DNA from: Phoronis australis
Taxonomy: Eukaryota > Animalia > Phoronida
Reading direction: 5' to 3'
DNA: 64,000 nucleotides
Assembly: GCA_002633005.1 (NCBI GenBank)
Contig: NMRA01000454.1
Coordinates: forward strand, 279,733-343,732
Position 1 is the first letter of the stretch. Every line of letters begins with the position of its first letter. Made by a program: the position numbers and the translations under genes. The notes under the pieces were generated by a model. That model saw nothing but the letters and a program-made list of their open reading frames with translations, did no database searches and was not told the origin of the DNA. Below, piece by piece: positions 39,501-49,469 of this stretch.

Positions 39501-40226
39501 CAAATCTCAATGTACGTGGAGAATAGTTGCAGGCAAGCTACACTGTTGTAGGCATACTGTGTTCCTTTCTATACCTCTCTATAGTAAGTAGCCTAATTGA
39601 ATGATTTTAGGTTCAGGAAAGTCGGAGGGCAATTGCGTGAAATAAATGGTTTTCCACTTTTTTGTTTCTGTGCTTTTGCCGCAGCAAGAGTCTGTCTATT
39701 GTCCCATTATATGTCGTGAAACCAGTGTAAAAAACAATCGTCTGAATATAAAATGAAGACAACAACCATCTTCATTTTAAGACCCATCCCACCAACGATT
39801 CTACTTACGAAATCTATGTGCAAGTTCTCCTTAACTAAATTTACACGAATTCACCTTTTATTCTTTCCTAAGTCCAATATTACTTGCCTACATTTAGGTT
39901 TGAAACCTAGGGCGACGAAGGGTGAGAGACCAGAAAGACGAATAATTTCTGTGAGCGCTGTGTGCGCCCTGGTCTTCATTTTTTGCGTCGCTCTCGCCAT
40001 TTTCATGTATGTCGCAAAAACTCACAAGAATATCTTTGGAGTGGACGATGGCGAACTGCATGAAGAAGGTGAACTGTTAAGCGGTGAAAGTGATTCGTAT
40101 CTGGAGACGCCGTCGGAAACCAAGTCCGATTCTGATTCTAATGCGTATGATGAAATCGGACACCAGGAGACACCATCGGGAAGTGAAGATGAGGTCATAT
40201 GTGGAGAAGTTGATCACGCCTTTTAA
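313..40226 (+). CDS. Large multi-exon type I membrane protein (FN3 x4 / EGF x2 / SEA-like x5-6 / MEGF10-SREC-like EGF repeats / TM / acidic tail); 5'-partial
   Basis: 28 GT-AG exons found by eye; all internal exons have lengths divisible by 3 and are phase 1-1, joining into one open frame of about 2400 codons (about 2295 without the duplicated exon pair). No start codon or signal peptide in the window. Whether all exons belong to one transcript is inference. Confidence 0.8.
1069..1317 (+). CDS. FN3 exon 2 (249 nt), tandem duplicate of exon 1
   Basis: tttccAG / GTgagt; near-identical to 313-561 at an offset of 756 bp. Confidence 0.85.
4232..4489 (+). CDS. FN3 exon 3 (258 nt), more divergent
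   Basis: ttccAG / GTgagg; VSWRPAAG..YNVSC..GLTPGTEYVITVRT. Confidence 0.85.
7024..7272 (+). CDS. FN3 exon 4 (249 nt)
   Basis: tttccAG / GTgaga; paralog of exons 1-2. Confidence 0.85.
7934..9324. mobile_element. Non-autonomous DNA transposon with about 34-bp terminal inverted repeats
   Basis: Left end cagggcccggtctcgaatctccgtactcagactc; the right end is its reverse complement with 2 mismatches. It interrupts intron sequence whose paralog near 2050-2150 lacks it. No clear TSD. Confidence 0.7.
11564..11704 (+). CDS. EGF-like exon (141 nt)
   Basis: aAG / GTgagt; CPDGFWGEKCKNPCNCENGAPCENSRTGDCPGGKCKKRYKGPGCAT. Confidence 0.85.
12488..12628 (+). CDS. EGF-like exon (141 nt)
   Basis: ttgcAG / GTaagt; ISCAKQLVYGPDCDKPCKCFNNAQCDDYSGECQQCLPGYSGEDCSI. 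Confidence 0.85.
   Translation, partial: RFRVQSSLYTDQIVISHANVLTMHNVTTTVVNVSNVFLGIPEKIAL
12878..12998 (+). pseudogene. KolX / P2X7-cytoplasmic-ballast-like Cys-rich fragment
   Basis: Plus frame not in the ORF track: EDRRGDTSWCKCTVCVVMPTSMECLCCSEFDE, matching the WCxCxxCxxMPTxxECxCCxE motif. Confidence 0.7.
13000..13783 (-). pseudogene. THAP-domain transposase N-terminus (frameshifted near 13455, truncated)
   Basis: MPHCCCVPEC..LHRFP..W..RVCGKHF..RLKKDAIPS is a C2CH THAP domain. It continues in a second frame with KFIVDLSKVLQLFRRCQVC..GAQVTIQWES..H..KWDS. No catalytic DDE region. Confidence 0.8.
14712..14789 (+). CDS. Short linker exon (78 nt)
   Basis: ttgcAG / GTaagt, phase 1-1, open: TDCTESFDFYPASDKYPFSTFYCVD. 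Confidence 0.65.
15337..15474 (+). CDS. SEA-like module 1, exon a (138 nt)
   Basis: ttacAG / GTactg; PLLEVSFGVVDKVSNDANLENKILRALEGAVKVVQARITSLLVVS. Confidence 0.7.
15815..16012 (+). CDS. SEA-like module 1, exon b (198 nt)
   Basis: gtAG / GTtgga; QRVQLHIRPPATSSERLSSEVIASINDLVKGG. Confidence 0.7.
17321..17467 (+). CDS. SEA-like module 2, exon a (147 nt)
   Basis: ttgcAG / GTaagt; EMVRILAEIDKRIVAEETLTSPVDQFFRHIRP. Confidence 0.75.
17568..17768 (+). CDS. SEA-like module 2, exon b (201 nt)
   Basis: caacAG / GTgagt; GKLIVELHKPIPSATTFSSTVIKRLQHEFRK..GADGNVVFTI. Confidence 0.75.
19169..19315 (+). CDS. Duplicate of module 2 exon a
   Basis: Same sequence as 17321-17467; may be the alternative haplotype. 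Confidence 0.5.
19416..19616 (+). CDS. Duplicate of module 2 exon b
   Basis: Same sequence as 17568-17768; may be the alternative haplotype. Confidence 0.5.
22250..22402 (+). CDS. SEA-like module 3, exon a (153 nt)
   Basis: ctgtAG / GTatgt; PKVRVSFYIKCNMPASTQSQVFKYIAKTVREKLGVSKERIVEM. Confidence 0.8.
22613..22816 (+). CDS. SEA-like module 3, exon b (204 nt)
   Basis: ttccAG / GTgagt; SLVTFVLLKPTNLSPKKTSDALREWNKQLYKG..DDNGNVVCTI. Confidence 0.8.
24629..24775 (+). CDS. SEA-like module 4, exon a (147 nt)
   Basis: atgtAG / GTatgc; SKVKARFTLKCTISGTQQLKRHVEDSLSRVLGVPSSRMEKI. Confidence 0.8.
25497..25700 (+). CDS. SEA-like module 4, exon b (204 nt)
   Basis: ttacAG / GTcagt; HQIDVVILPPTASSTKKSSEILKTLRYILF..NGDGELCTK. 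Confidence 0.8.
26996..27142 (+). CDS. SEA-like module 5, exon a (147 nt)
   Basis: tttcAG / GTaagg; DDTKVSISMKCDTTTFDNKGELAKNALLEVLQVELGRIANLVT; not in the ORF track. Confidence 0.75.
27586..27750 (+). CDS. SEA-like module 5, exon b (165 nt)
   Basis: ggtAG / GTaggg; AALEFTLRPPTATSPMPSLEALKWLEIVVKEQAFIIKNNNGKRMCIG. Confidence 0.75.
28032..28130 (+). CDS. EGF-like exon (99 nt)
   Basis: ttccAG / GTaaga; CPDGMYGLGCKKKCDCGPGQPCDQLGKC. Confidence 0.85.
28263..28490 (+). CDS. EGF-like exon (228 nt)
   Basis: ttaAG / GTgggc; CPDKTFGEKCKYRCEC..CAAGRYGEDCSTQCDC..CVDGKC. Confidence 0.85.
28905..30158 (+). CDS. Large EGF-repeat exon (1254 nt, about 10 MEGF10/SREC-type repeats)
   Basis: ttgtAG / GTgaga; repeated CxxGxY/WGxxCxxxCxC..CxxxxGxC. 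Confidence 0.92.
30919..31328. mobile_element. MITE with inverted termini bounded by TTAA
   Basis: ttaagtatcagtccacg ... cgtggactagtacttaa, plus an internal inverted pair agcggcaaggtgggggtca / tgacccccaccttgccgct. Confidence 0.7.
33246..34682 (+). CDS. Large EGF-repeat exon (1437 nt, about 11 repeats)
   Basis: cttcAG / GTaagt; continuous Cys/Gly EGF-like repeats. Confidence 0.92.
35021..35161 (+). CDS. EGF-like exon (141 nt)
   Basis: tttcAG / GTaagt; CLRPNRFGTSCTRACHCLDDKPCHRFTGKCKACKPRWEGDTC. Confidence 0.85.
35236..35437. repeat. Irregular tandem array of the palindrome AAAACTTAAGTTTT
   Basis: About 10 full or degenerate copies, spaced roughly 13-27 bp apart, ending at an N. Confidence 0.85.
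35559..35705 (+). CDS. EGF-like exon (147 nt)
   Basis: ttgcAG / GTaagg; CDNPNVYGEDCKSECQC..CDSFTGSC. Confidence 0.85.
36273..36419 (+). CDS. EGF-like exon (147 nt)
   Basis: tttcAG / GTacgt; CPRPGTFGELCENKCHCKQPTCDDKTGSC..CSEYFSGDNC. Confidence 0.85.
37657..37764 (+). repeat. Two-copy direct repeat (period about 66 bp)
   Basis: gtctcagtat(g/c)acgtcatgaccaaccgtagaccaatagtgtt occurs twice, just upstream of the micro-exon. Confidence 0.85.
37784..37816 (+). CDS. 33-nt juxtamembrane micro-exon
   Basis: ttgttacAG / GTacgt, phase 1-1: ALPDLEQGIK. A same-length exon sits at the same position in the downstream paralog. Confidence 0.6.
39898..40226 (+). CDS. Terminal exon: TM helix and acidic cytoplasmic tail
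   Basis: atttAG acceptor; IISVSAVCALVFIFCVALAIFMYVA followed by KTHK, then an E/D/S-rich tail with SYLET and AYDEI; TAA at 40224-40226. Confidence 0.85.
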
Positions 40227-42149
40227 CATTAGCCCTCCTTTAAAAGAGCATTAATACTTGCAGATTTGCTCCTAACATCACCTTACAATGATCATGGTTA
40301 TCCAGATCACGACGCCATTTCAAGTTTTGGATTATTCAAAGGGCGTGCTAGTTAAATGCATTTATTTATTTTATGTACATGTACATGTTTATGGTAAATC
40401 TTGTTTTACTGAAAGCTGTATTCCCTTTGCACATACGTGCATTTCATTACCAACGACATGGACAAATTAATGATTTTATTTAGTAATCAAATATATATTG
40501 ATAACTGGAGATGTGATTTATAAATGGAAGACAGGTACGTTTCAAAAAGTGTCATTTTTGAATCTTATTCGATATTTTTCGATGTAGTTGGTTTCATGTT
40601 TGATTAAACTGGTGATTTAACTATCAATTTGTTTCATGTTTAACAAAGTGTTTCCAGTATTTTCCCGTCATACCCTGTATAATATTTGTTCTTCCGAGTA
40701 CTGTTGGCGATTTCTGTCAGGAAAACGCACTATATCGAACCACGCCAACCATTTTGGTAAAAAAGTTTACGTAACCGATTAACAGACCAGCTGCTGTGTC
40801 TTTCCCGTGTCAAACCCATTGAGCTGCACACTCGACGGGATGAGCCGCTGCAGATAAGGACGTTGATTAAACAGAATAGCTCACCGGGTGTCCAAAATTT
40901 GGCCTAGTTCTCATGTGTTCAGGCGATAATTTCGGTGCCTAATCGCATGTGGCGCTAATGACAATCTGAACGGAACAACCGCTTTGTCACCATGATGACC
41001 ATTGTGGCTATAGAATGCCTAAACATCAGTTTTGCCATGGGAAGTTCAGACAAAGCTGCTGTGTTAGCCAGCTACGGTCTTGAGGGAAGTCAATATCCAG
41101 AGTTATACATGCACTTTCCGTGCAGCCGTGTTCATCCAGAGCTGTTCATGTTCCGCATTGGTCCATTGTTCTGAAGTGTTTCGACTGAGCTGGGGGATCC
41201 GTGGTCATCCATTTGGGCGCCTTGTTGATTGTTTGTTCCTGACGCGTAACTACACTGTACATGTATACGGTTTCCCAGGTTGGTCCATGTAGCTTCCGTG
41301 TTGCCATTGTTCAACTGTAAAACCCCAAAACGGGATAGGATCATCCCAGATCTTGATCCGAGTGGATCCATCACTGAGTTTACGACTCGTGTGTGAGGGG
41401 TTCTTTTGCCGTTAGCATCGCCCTTTCATTGTCTTGTTCATGAGGGAAGGAAATGGAAAAATGTGAAAAAACGACCCTGTTTTGTAAATTCAGTTGTGTT
41501 TAAATTATGATCAAACCCTATTTTTAAATTGGAGTCTACTGTTTCTACATGCTGTTTCGTCACTCGTGTCGACGAATCACGTGTTTTATTAAATTGAGTC
41601 TCTTTCGTCAATACTATCGACGATTCCTAAAACTAACCCCGCTATGAATGGCTGAGGCCCGCATCAGTAATAACGCCGCGTCTTTCAAGTTAGGCAGATC
41701 CAAAAGCCTCCAGCATAAATTCATAAATTTTCAAGCTTGTCTGCATTTCTTTCATAAAATCCGTCTACAAGGATCTTTGAATCAATATTTTAAATCTCAT
41801 TAAGAACGAGCGCCAGATTAAGCTGCGACATTTTCAGGCACGTGATGAACTAATTTCTTTACCCACAGACTGGATTTGGAAAATTGAATCCCCAAAATAG
41901 GAAAATTGTCTATTCAAATACGACGGGATTGGATAATGCGTGTGGCACGACTCTTTAAACAACATCTGACATTAGAAAAGCAGTGAATCCTCTAAACAGG
42001 ACGGATTTTATTGAATTGAATTGAAATTTGGAACTAAGATGAATTATCAAGCAACTTTGATTTTCGCTTAAAATTGGATTGAATTTATTAAGTGTAATAG
42101 CAATTAAGAATCATGATTTAATTGATAATTAAATCAGATTCACGTAATA

Positions 42150-43170
42150 GCCATGGGTTCACCCCTGGGACCAGTGTTAGCTAATATTTTCATGTGCAAT
42201 CTCGAGGCTGAGGCTCTGGCTAGTTGTCCATCGGATTGTAAACCACAATTTTACCGTAGGTATGTGGACGATACGTTTGTTGTGTTTTTGTCCAAGAGGT
42301 CAGTCAACACCTTTTTTAATCACATGAACAACATGTATCCGTCCATCAACTTCGCCATTGAACGTGAGCGCGAGTCGTGTTTACCTTTTCTAGATGTCTT
42401 GCTTTAACGTGAGAATACATGTAGCACCGTTGTTACAGTTTTACTGGGCTTTATCTTAAATTTGATAGTTTTGTGCCTATCCAGTACAAAAGAGGTCTAG
42501 TCAATTGCTTGTTACACCGTGCCTGGAGAATCTGCTTCACCAATTTAAATTTTGATATTGACGTACATGTGTAGCTATGATTTTTCAGTTATTGCGTGCC
42601 AATGGTTACCCTCTGAGAGTTCTGAATATCTGTAAAAGGCACTTTCTTGCAAAAATGAATGAGGCGGATAAGGAGCTGTTATTGGACCCCAGAAAATGAG
42701 AGTTTTCTTTTCTCATGGTTACACTGTGCCAAGTAGTATAAAATGAAACGTCAATCACCTCGCCTTATTTATTGCATAGACACAGCAGTTGAACTGATAG
42801 TTGTTTTCAAACCCTTTCGGAAACTTTCCAATATGCTGTGTAAACTGAAGTCACCCATCCCGTTATTGAACAAGAGCAATGATGTGTATAAGGTTGGATG
42901 TGACAACTGTAAGGAATTCTATATAGGACTCACACAGAGACGCCTCTGTGACAGGTTGAAAGAACATCACACCTCAGAGAAAAGTAACATATATAGACAT
43001 TGTATTAGCTACATGTACAATCACCAAGCCAACTCTTGTTAGTTTTATCTGCAGAGAAAACTAATAAGGAGTTAATGTACATCAAAGAGTCATTGGCCAT
43101 TCAGAACCAGCATGCCACTGATCCTCTGAATAACATGCAGAGCTCAGTGACCCTGCAACTATGGTGATGA
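42150..43170 (+). mobile_element. Penelope-like retroelement relic (RT plus GIY-YIG endonuclease), 5'-truncated and disrupted
   Basis: MGSPLGPVLANIFM, YRRYVDDTF and LPFLDV RT motifs; VYKVGCDNCKEFYIGLTQRRLCDRLKEH GIY-YIG motif; stops and frameshifts in between. Confidence 0.9.
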
Positions 43171-43268
43171 CCAGATGCTGACTATATTCTATGTATCTCT
43201 CTCTTCACTCTATGGATGTTACCTGAGCTGTATGTTGGCAGTTGTTGTCCTAAATGGTTGTAAATATG

Positions 43269-43305
43269 ATCATGATGATGTCTAATGAAAAGACGAAACG
43301 TTGAT
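43269..43305 (+). ncRNA. Degenerate minimal type I hammerhead ribozyme at the 3' end of the Penelope-like element
   Basis: atc-ATGATGA-t-GTCT-aatgaaa-AGAC-GAAA-CG-TT-gat; core C3 position altered. The location fits the known Penelope pLTR ribozymes. Confidence 0.5.
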
Positions 43306-45289
43306 TTGAAGATGATTTTTTTTATTTGTGCGGCGATCGTCCGGTTTTTAATGATTTAATTGTGTTATAAATAAATGCTGAATTTATTAAATACAGTTGA
43401 ATTTACTTTCACAATTTCTGCCGTTTCCGCCCCTCTTCCCACGCATCATACAGTGCAATGAATCAAGTGCGCATGGCATCGTGTTATTGATTGGTCAATT
43501 AAGAGTGAGGTCAACCGTATAGATCCAAGTAATTTCGTCGTTGCTTGCCACAATTGACCTTACGCCAGAAAATGAATGACAGGTGTGATTGACCAATCAG
43601 AATGCTGCATTCCGGACATCCCTCCAGACTGCAGTTCCAGTCGACATCTTGTCTGACAAGCATTAGCGGCTGTAGGACAAAACACGTTCAAATACGCGCA
43701 TTTTAAATGGCCAAGAGTTGTTGTAGTGTGTGTAATTCAGACAGTCGTGACGTTATACCGACAGAGATGAAAGTCCTGTCAAATTTTGGACTAGAAACTC
43801 ACATGCATAAACTATACTTATTCGAGCACAGTCTGATAACCACTTATCTTGAATTCGCACAAAAGGAGCAGAGGTATTGCCAAAAATAATGTCGGGTTCG
43901 TTTCAAGTACGGGGATTTGAGACCTGGTCCTGGTTTTGGAATACAGGAAATTCAAAGTAATGAATTTTAGAAGATAACGAACCTTCAGAGTAATGGGCAT
44001 TCGGAGTACTGCACCTTCGGAGTATTGATCCTTCGTCATAGTGACATGGAATCTTGGAAATATTTTCCATCAAGTTTGTAGCTCTTATGAAGTCTGCAGG
44101 GTTGTGCACCATTGACATCGATTGACTGGAGAAGATTTTCATTGACCAAAGTTGAGGTCTACGCCCACTTTTCCATCATAACGTGAATATGCTCAACGGT
44201 GTGTTCTCAGTGCAAGAAAACATGGTAGTTGAATGTCTGTTTTTTTGGCACGACGGAGGACTGCCTATAATGAACTTACCGTCAGCGTGTGCTGAATTTA
44301 AAGAAACAGAAAAGTTCAAACGCGTACAGGCATTCATATCAACCCACCAATCCACAATCAAAGTGGACTCTGGATGAACAACATATTCGGATTTTTGACG
44401 ATCACCTTCAATTCAAAATTTGAAAATGCCTACACCTCTACCTTACTGTGCTTGCAATTAAAACCAAAATAGCAGAATAACAAATCTAAAATTTCTGCTG
44501 TTTTGTTTTTTGGGAACTGTTACTAAGGTCGTAGGGTTAGACTTTTATGCTTAGGTATATACATTCACATTTGGACTCACTTGTTACCCTTTGGTTTAGC
44601 CACCACGCGCGTGGTTTATGAATAACGTAAACCCTCCTCTTATCATATGCACTCAGGCGAAGTTTACCGAGTACGACCCGATGACACGTGAAGCGCTTTG
44701 AATCAGAGGCAAATACAAAATTATTACTAACTTAGTTACATGCATCATTGTAGTTAGTAGCACCAGTAGCTGCAACAATTTTGTTGTTGTTATCCATTCA
44801 TATCCAATGTTTAATGAATATGCTGGGGCTGGACCTTTTCGGCGGGGGAGGGATTTGATCGAAACCCCCACGGCTACAGGCCTGTACTATTAATTATACA
44901 TGTTACTTAATGTAAAAAGGTGAAGCATTAACTGCAACTCCCTCCCCCAATGTGGATGCCCGGGCCGTCGCCACGGTGACTGAGCACCATAAAGAAAATC
45001 TATGAATAATTAATTCGAATGTGTTTATAATTAAAGACAAAAAGGGAATAGTTCCATTGCCCGCATACCTTTGTTGTGCAAATGAAATGATTGTCAATCT
45101 CACTGAAAAACTATCGGGACACGTTATACCCACGAACTGTGAATAACATATTCGCAACATGAACAGAATGTTTAATCTACGTTACAGCTTTGATAGTTTC
45201 CACGAAATCTAACACGGCCGTACGTACTCAATATCAGGTGCCGCAGAGGTGTTTTCAGCCTTTTTGGAGAACACCATATCAGACATAAA

Positions 45290-45620
45290 AATACGGACTG
45301 TTCCAGAGAGAGGTCAACAGCCGATCTACTGAAGTTCTTTTCTCGTACGTAGCACTGAGAAAGCACCGTTTTCCAGCACTTTACGTAATCTTGGGTCTGT
45401 AAATTTCAACTTTTGGTAAAACAATGTTCCCCATCTGGCGTAGTTTGGGCGGTTCTGGGCAAAGTATACATCTAACATAGCAGGGGAAATGTTGATACAG
45501 CCACTGACGTCATTGTTCTTGACGCATCTCTGGAGTTCTCTTTGGGCTCGGTTTACTATAAAGACGGAGATTGCCCAAAACTGATAAGTTTTGCCAAATT
45601 TGCCATTAATCACTGGGTGA
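45290..45620 (-). pseudogene. DNA transposase fragment (possibly Academ-like)
   Basis: YFAQNRPNYARW..GAFSVLRTRK, frameshift, then NFSRSAVDLSLEQ. The superfamily assignment is tentative. Confidence 0.55.
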
Positions 45621-48472
45621 AATGAAGGTAGTTGGCGCGCATACATAACGCAGAAGACAGCAAAAGACGGCAAATTAGCAGTTGCATCAAATGACTCGTC
45701 CGAAAACAGAGGGACGCATCTTAGACTGGTAAAATAGGACAGCGAAAAATCGAAATTCGTGCAAACACAATGTGCTATTTAAAAGTGAATCATGTGGAGT
45801 ATTCCGCTGTTTTCGCATGAACTTGTGAGGTCGCTGCTACACCAGGCGCGATGTTTCTGGTTTTCATGCCCTGACGTAAACTTGCGGACAAAAATCTTTC
45901 ACACTGTGTGGCAACCTATGTCGTACGGACTAGGTGGCTTATTAAAAATCGAAGTGCCTGGTTCCTCAATGTGATGCTTATTCATTGTGAATGGGCTTAG
46001 ATGTATAATCAATTTTGTTTCGACTCTTTATTTGTCTGATTGGGGCATCTTACTGTTATGCCCCGTGCATGTGATGTTGAACATCGGACGATTGGTTTCA
46101 AACGGTTACCTGGTGGGTTGATTTAGCTCAACTCAGGTACTTGGGCGTGTCTGGCGGGGATAACCCACCACTAGATTTGTCTGGCAGTGTCCATTCGTGA
46201 TACATGGGCTCACAGTGAATATTTTGAAACTGGTTTCACGCGGTTACCCCTTGGACTGATCTACATGTAGCTCAATGTTTGCACCTTGCTTATAACCGTC
46301 CGGCTGATACTCCCCACCACTGAAATTGTCTGGCAGTGACCAATTTTGATGCAGTGGATTACGTAGGAGGTAACCAAGGCGGTTTGAATTGGTTACCAGA
46401 AAAGTTGATCTAGCTCAATTTCTGAGTGTCATACTCTTGGCTCCCCCAAACACACCCACCAAACCGAACCGGCCAGACGGCCTTTCCCACCATTAGGATA
46501 CCCCCAGAGCACTGTGGCACCAAAGAAAATTGGTTACCTTTTCATGCCCAAAAAAGCTCTGGGATCCCGATCTAGATTAAAAGCTTGGCCAGTGTTAAAA
46601 GCACGTGGCCAGGAAGCGCGCGGTACAGTACATGAATGAACCTGTCATCAAAGACATCATTCGGGAACTATCCATTCATTAAACGGGTACCATAGCATCA
46701 CCAAGAGATGAATATTGGCACTAATTTCCGACAGTTTCTAATACTATAAAAATATTTGCGTCATTTTTAAGATAAATTGTTTGATTAACCATAATTAGTG
46801 TTTTTAATCAAAATACCCAATAAAATGACCACTGACAGTGAATGCTTACACACCCAAATTTCGCCACAAAAATTGCAATAACTTTACACTGCTTGCCTCG
46901 ATTTTGATACTTTTTCGATTTTACTGAGTAGAATGCATTTCCTTTCCGATGATAGCAAAGTACTTTTTCAAAACGAGAAAAAAAATCAAAACGAAAACAA
47001 ATGGTTCGTCTCATATTGGTTCCTGGGTTCGACTGCCTTACGTAAGGAACTAAACACCAATGCTATTTTAACATAATCCGTACGCGTAACATTCCAAAAA
47101 ATTCAACGACCACTAACTACAAACTATAAATATACTACATATACATGTACAAACGAATCACGAGATATTACTAATAAAACAAAATAATGAAGACTTTTCG
47201 AGCAAGCGATAGCACATTCAGTTGCAAGGAAAAAATGGCGGCGTTCAGGACAAGTTCCTGAACTGATGAGCNNNNNNNNNNNNNNNNNNNNNNNNNNNNN
47301 NNNNNNNNNNNNNNNNNNNNNNNNNNNNNNNNNNNNNNNNNNNNNNNNNNNNNNNNNNNNNNNNNNNNNNNNNNNNNNNNNNNNNNNNNNNNNNNNNNNN
47401 NNNNNNNNNNNNNNNNNNNNNNNNNNNNNNNNNNNNNNNNNGCTGTTTATGCCTATCAGTAGATGAGAGACCTTGCAGTTTCGAGAACCTTCTATGCGAC
47501 AGAACAGCCTTTGTTGTATTATGTTGAATTAACTAAAACACCAGGACCGGGTTGCAAAAAACTGCAAAATTATCCCCCGGATAAGTTTCATTGTTGTGTG
47601 ACGACAGGTGCCTTGTTCAATAATAAGAACGTGGCTCGGGATAATGCGTAGTCATTGTTGGTATACGGCGAATGACTTTTACGCAACAGAGCCCAGGCGA
47701 ACATGCTCGCTTAATAGAATTCAGGTTTCTGTTCTGTGTATTCGCGACATTAGCCATGCACTTATGGTGTAATATTTTCGCATATAGATCTGAATCGGTG
47801 AATTATTTCCCATAATGCATGAAGTCTATCCCATTATTTAACATTCCAACCTCATCGACCAATCATGAGAGTGGCTGCTATTTTGCTCGGGTTACTATTG
47901 TCATGTCTCCGGTCTATTTGCGAATCATTCACCTCTCACCTGCGCGATTTTGCGTGATCTTTGTTGCTTGATCCCTTGTTTTGGCTAAAATCGTGGTTCT
48001 ACAACATCCCAGCTTCCTCGGCAGGGCAGATACACCATGGTGGAAATGTGTTTGGTGCTACCAGCCAGGCTCATCTATCTTTTTAGTTATCCCATACGCG
48101 TTGAATCAGTCGTGTGCAATACGGCTATGTGATGTTGTTTTCCGTGTTCACCTCCCGCACTACTGTACTTCAACAGTGCCCTCTGTCATGGACAGTTCAA
48201 AAGGTAAGCCAATTTCGACTCGACGTCGTTAGCCGGTTTGATCGCCAAACTTTCCGAATATAGTTTAAACAGTACACACCATGGATTTTTGCACATTTTG
48301 AATGACCGGTGGCCACAGACTAAATGTATGACGTAAAATTTAGCTAAACCCATGTTTATTTTGTGTAATTAGCTCGAAATTTTGATTTTTCTTTCAATTT
48401 TGCCAATTTTCACATTTCCCGCCATGTGACGTCATGGGTTGAACACAAGAGATCAGTGACTAGCATTGAACA

Positions 48473-48990
48473 ATGGCGGAGACCAGGGAATTTGAAAGTG
48501 ACTACGATTATGAGCAAGAATTGAACGAATACTATGAAGAAACGTACGGAAATGGTGGCCAGGATGAGGAAATGGGGTTGCACGAAAGCGAGAACAAGTT
48601 TAATGTGCTTCCGGCTGCGTACTTTTCTACTTTGAGCCTTATGAACTGGATCCTCCCGCGAGAGAAGCGGCCTCGGGCTCGGCAAGTCAACCCAGTCATC
48701 CAACAGACGATCCTGAATTAAGAGCTGATGTTTCTGAATGATAAATATTGTCCTTTATTGAACCAGGCCTTCATCGTAACGTCTCCTGTGACTGGAGTAG
48801 AAACACGAGTCCTCAAAGTGGGCAGAACACAGAGTGGCCCCGGACCGAATCGCTTGGTCCACGATGAAGTCCCACACTCTCGTTCGGCGCTGGAAGCCAT
48901 GCCACTTCTGCGCAACTTTGGTGTCCTTCGTAACACCGAGACGTTTTCCGCGTGGCTGCTGTTGCTGCAGCCTCCGGAAACACATCTTTT
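48473..48990. mobile_element. Second deleted Kolobok-like relic: acidic KolX-like N-terminus (+) convergent with a degenerate THAP (-)
   Basis: Plus strand: acidic stretch, then FEPYELDPPA..RADVSE. Minus strand: RCVSGGCSN..KW..LCSAHFEDSCF, with a frameshift. Confidence 0.55.
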
Positions 48991-49469
48991 GATCCCTCTA
49001 CGAACCTTCTCCACGCTAAATGTACTTTGCTTTCTCTTCACTCTATATACTTTGTCTCTGATCCGAACAGCATGGCGAACGACTTGGGTTCAACCCATGA
49101 CGTTGTACATAATTATTATTTTTTCAATTTTTGCGTGTTTCTATATGAGCTGTGCACTAAAAGCACTGAAATCAAGTAACATATAATAATAAAATTTATT
49201 TTGAGGTACTAGAGTCATGTTGTGTACACTTTAAAGTAATACATTTGCAGCAGTATGAATAACACTCCACATGCAACCAGATACCAGGCGTACATGTAAC
49301 ATCTCAGTCTCAAATCGGACGGTTGAGTGGCTCTCGCGGCAGTATTTATCAGTGTGTTGTGGTGCGAGATTTGGCGAGAGCGTCTTATTGCATTGTTAGT
49401 AGTCGGAGAGAATCGAGAACTTAGTGTCACATTTTGTCAATATAAATCAGTGCAACGGAGTATCCCAGG

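Noticed and set aside
313-40226. Assigning the gene symbol MEGF10, MEGF11, SCARF1 or Tie
   Set aside because: Only the repeat type is shared; the overall architecture differs and orthology cannot be shown.
43707-44377. Cys-containing short ORFs, possibly a decayed transposon ORF
   Set aside because: Too disrupted to assign to any family.
46100-46580. Diverged internal repeats of about 150 bp, also seen as a separate two-copy unit at 58030-58285; possibly Helentron-type non-autonomous elements
   Set aside because: Element ends could not be defined confidently by eye.
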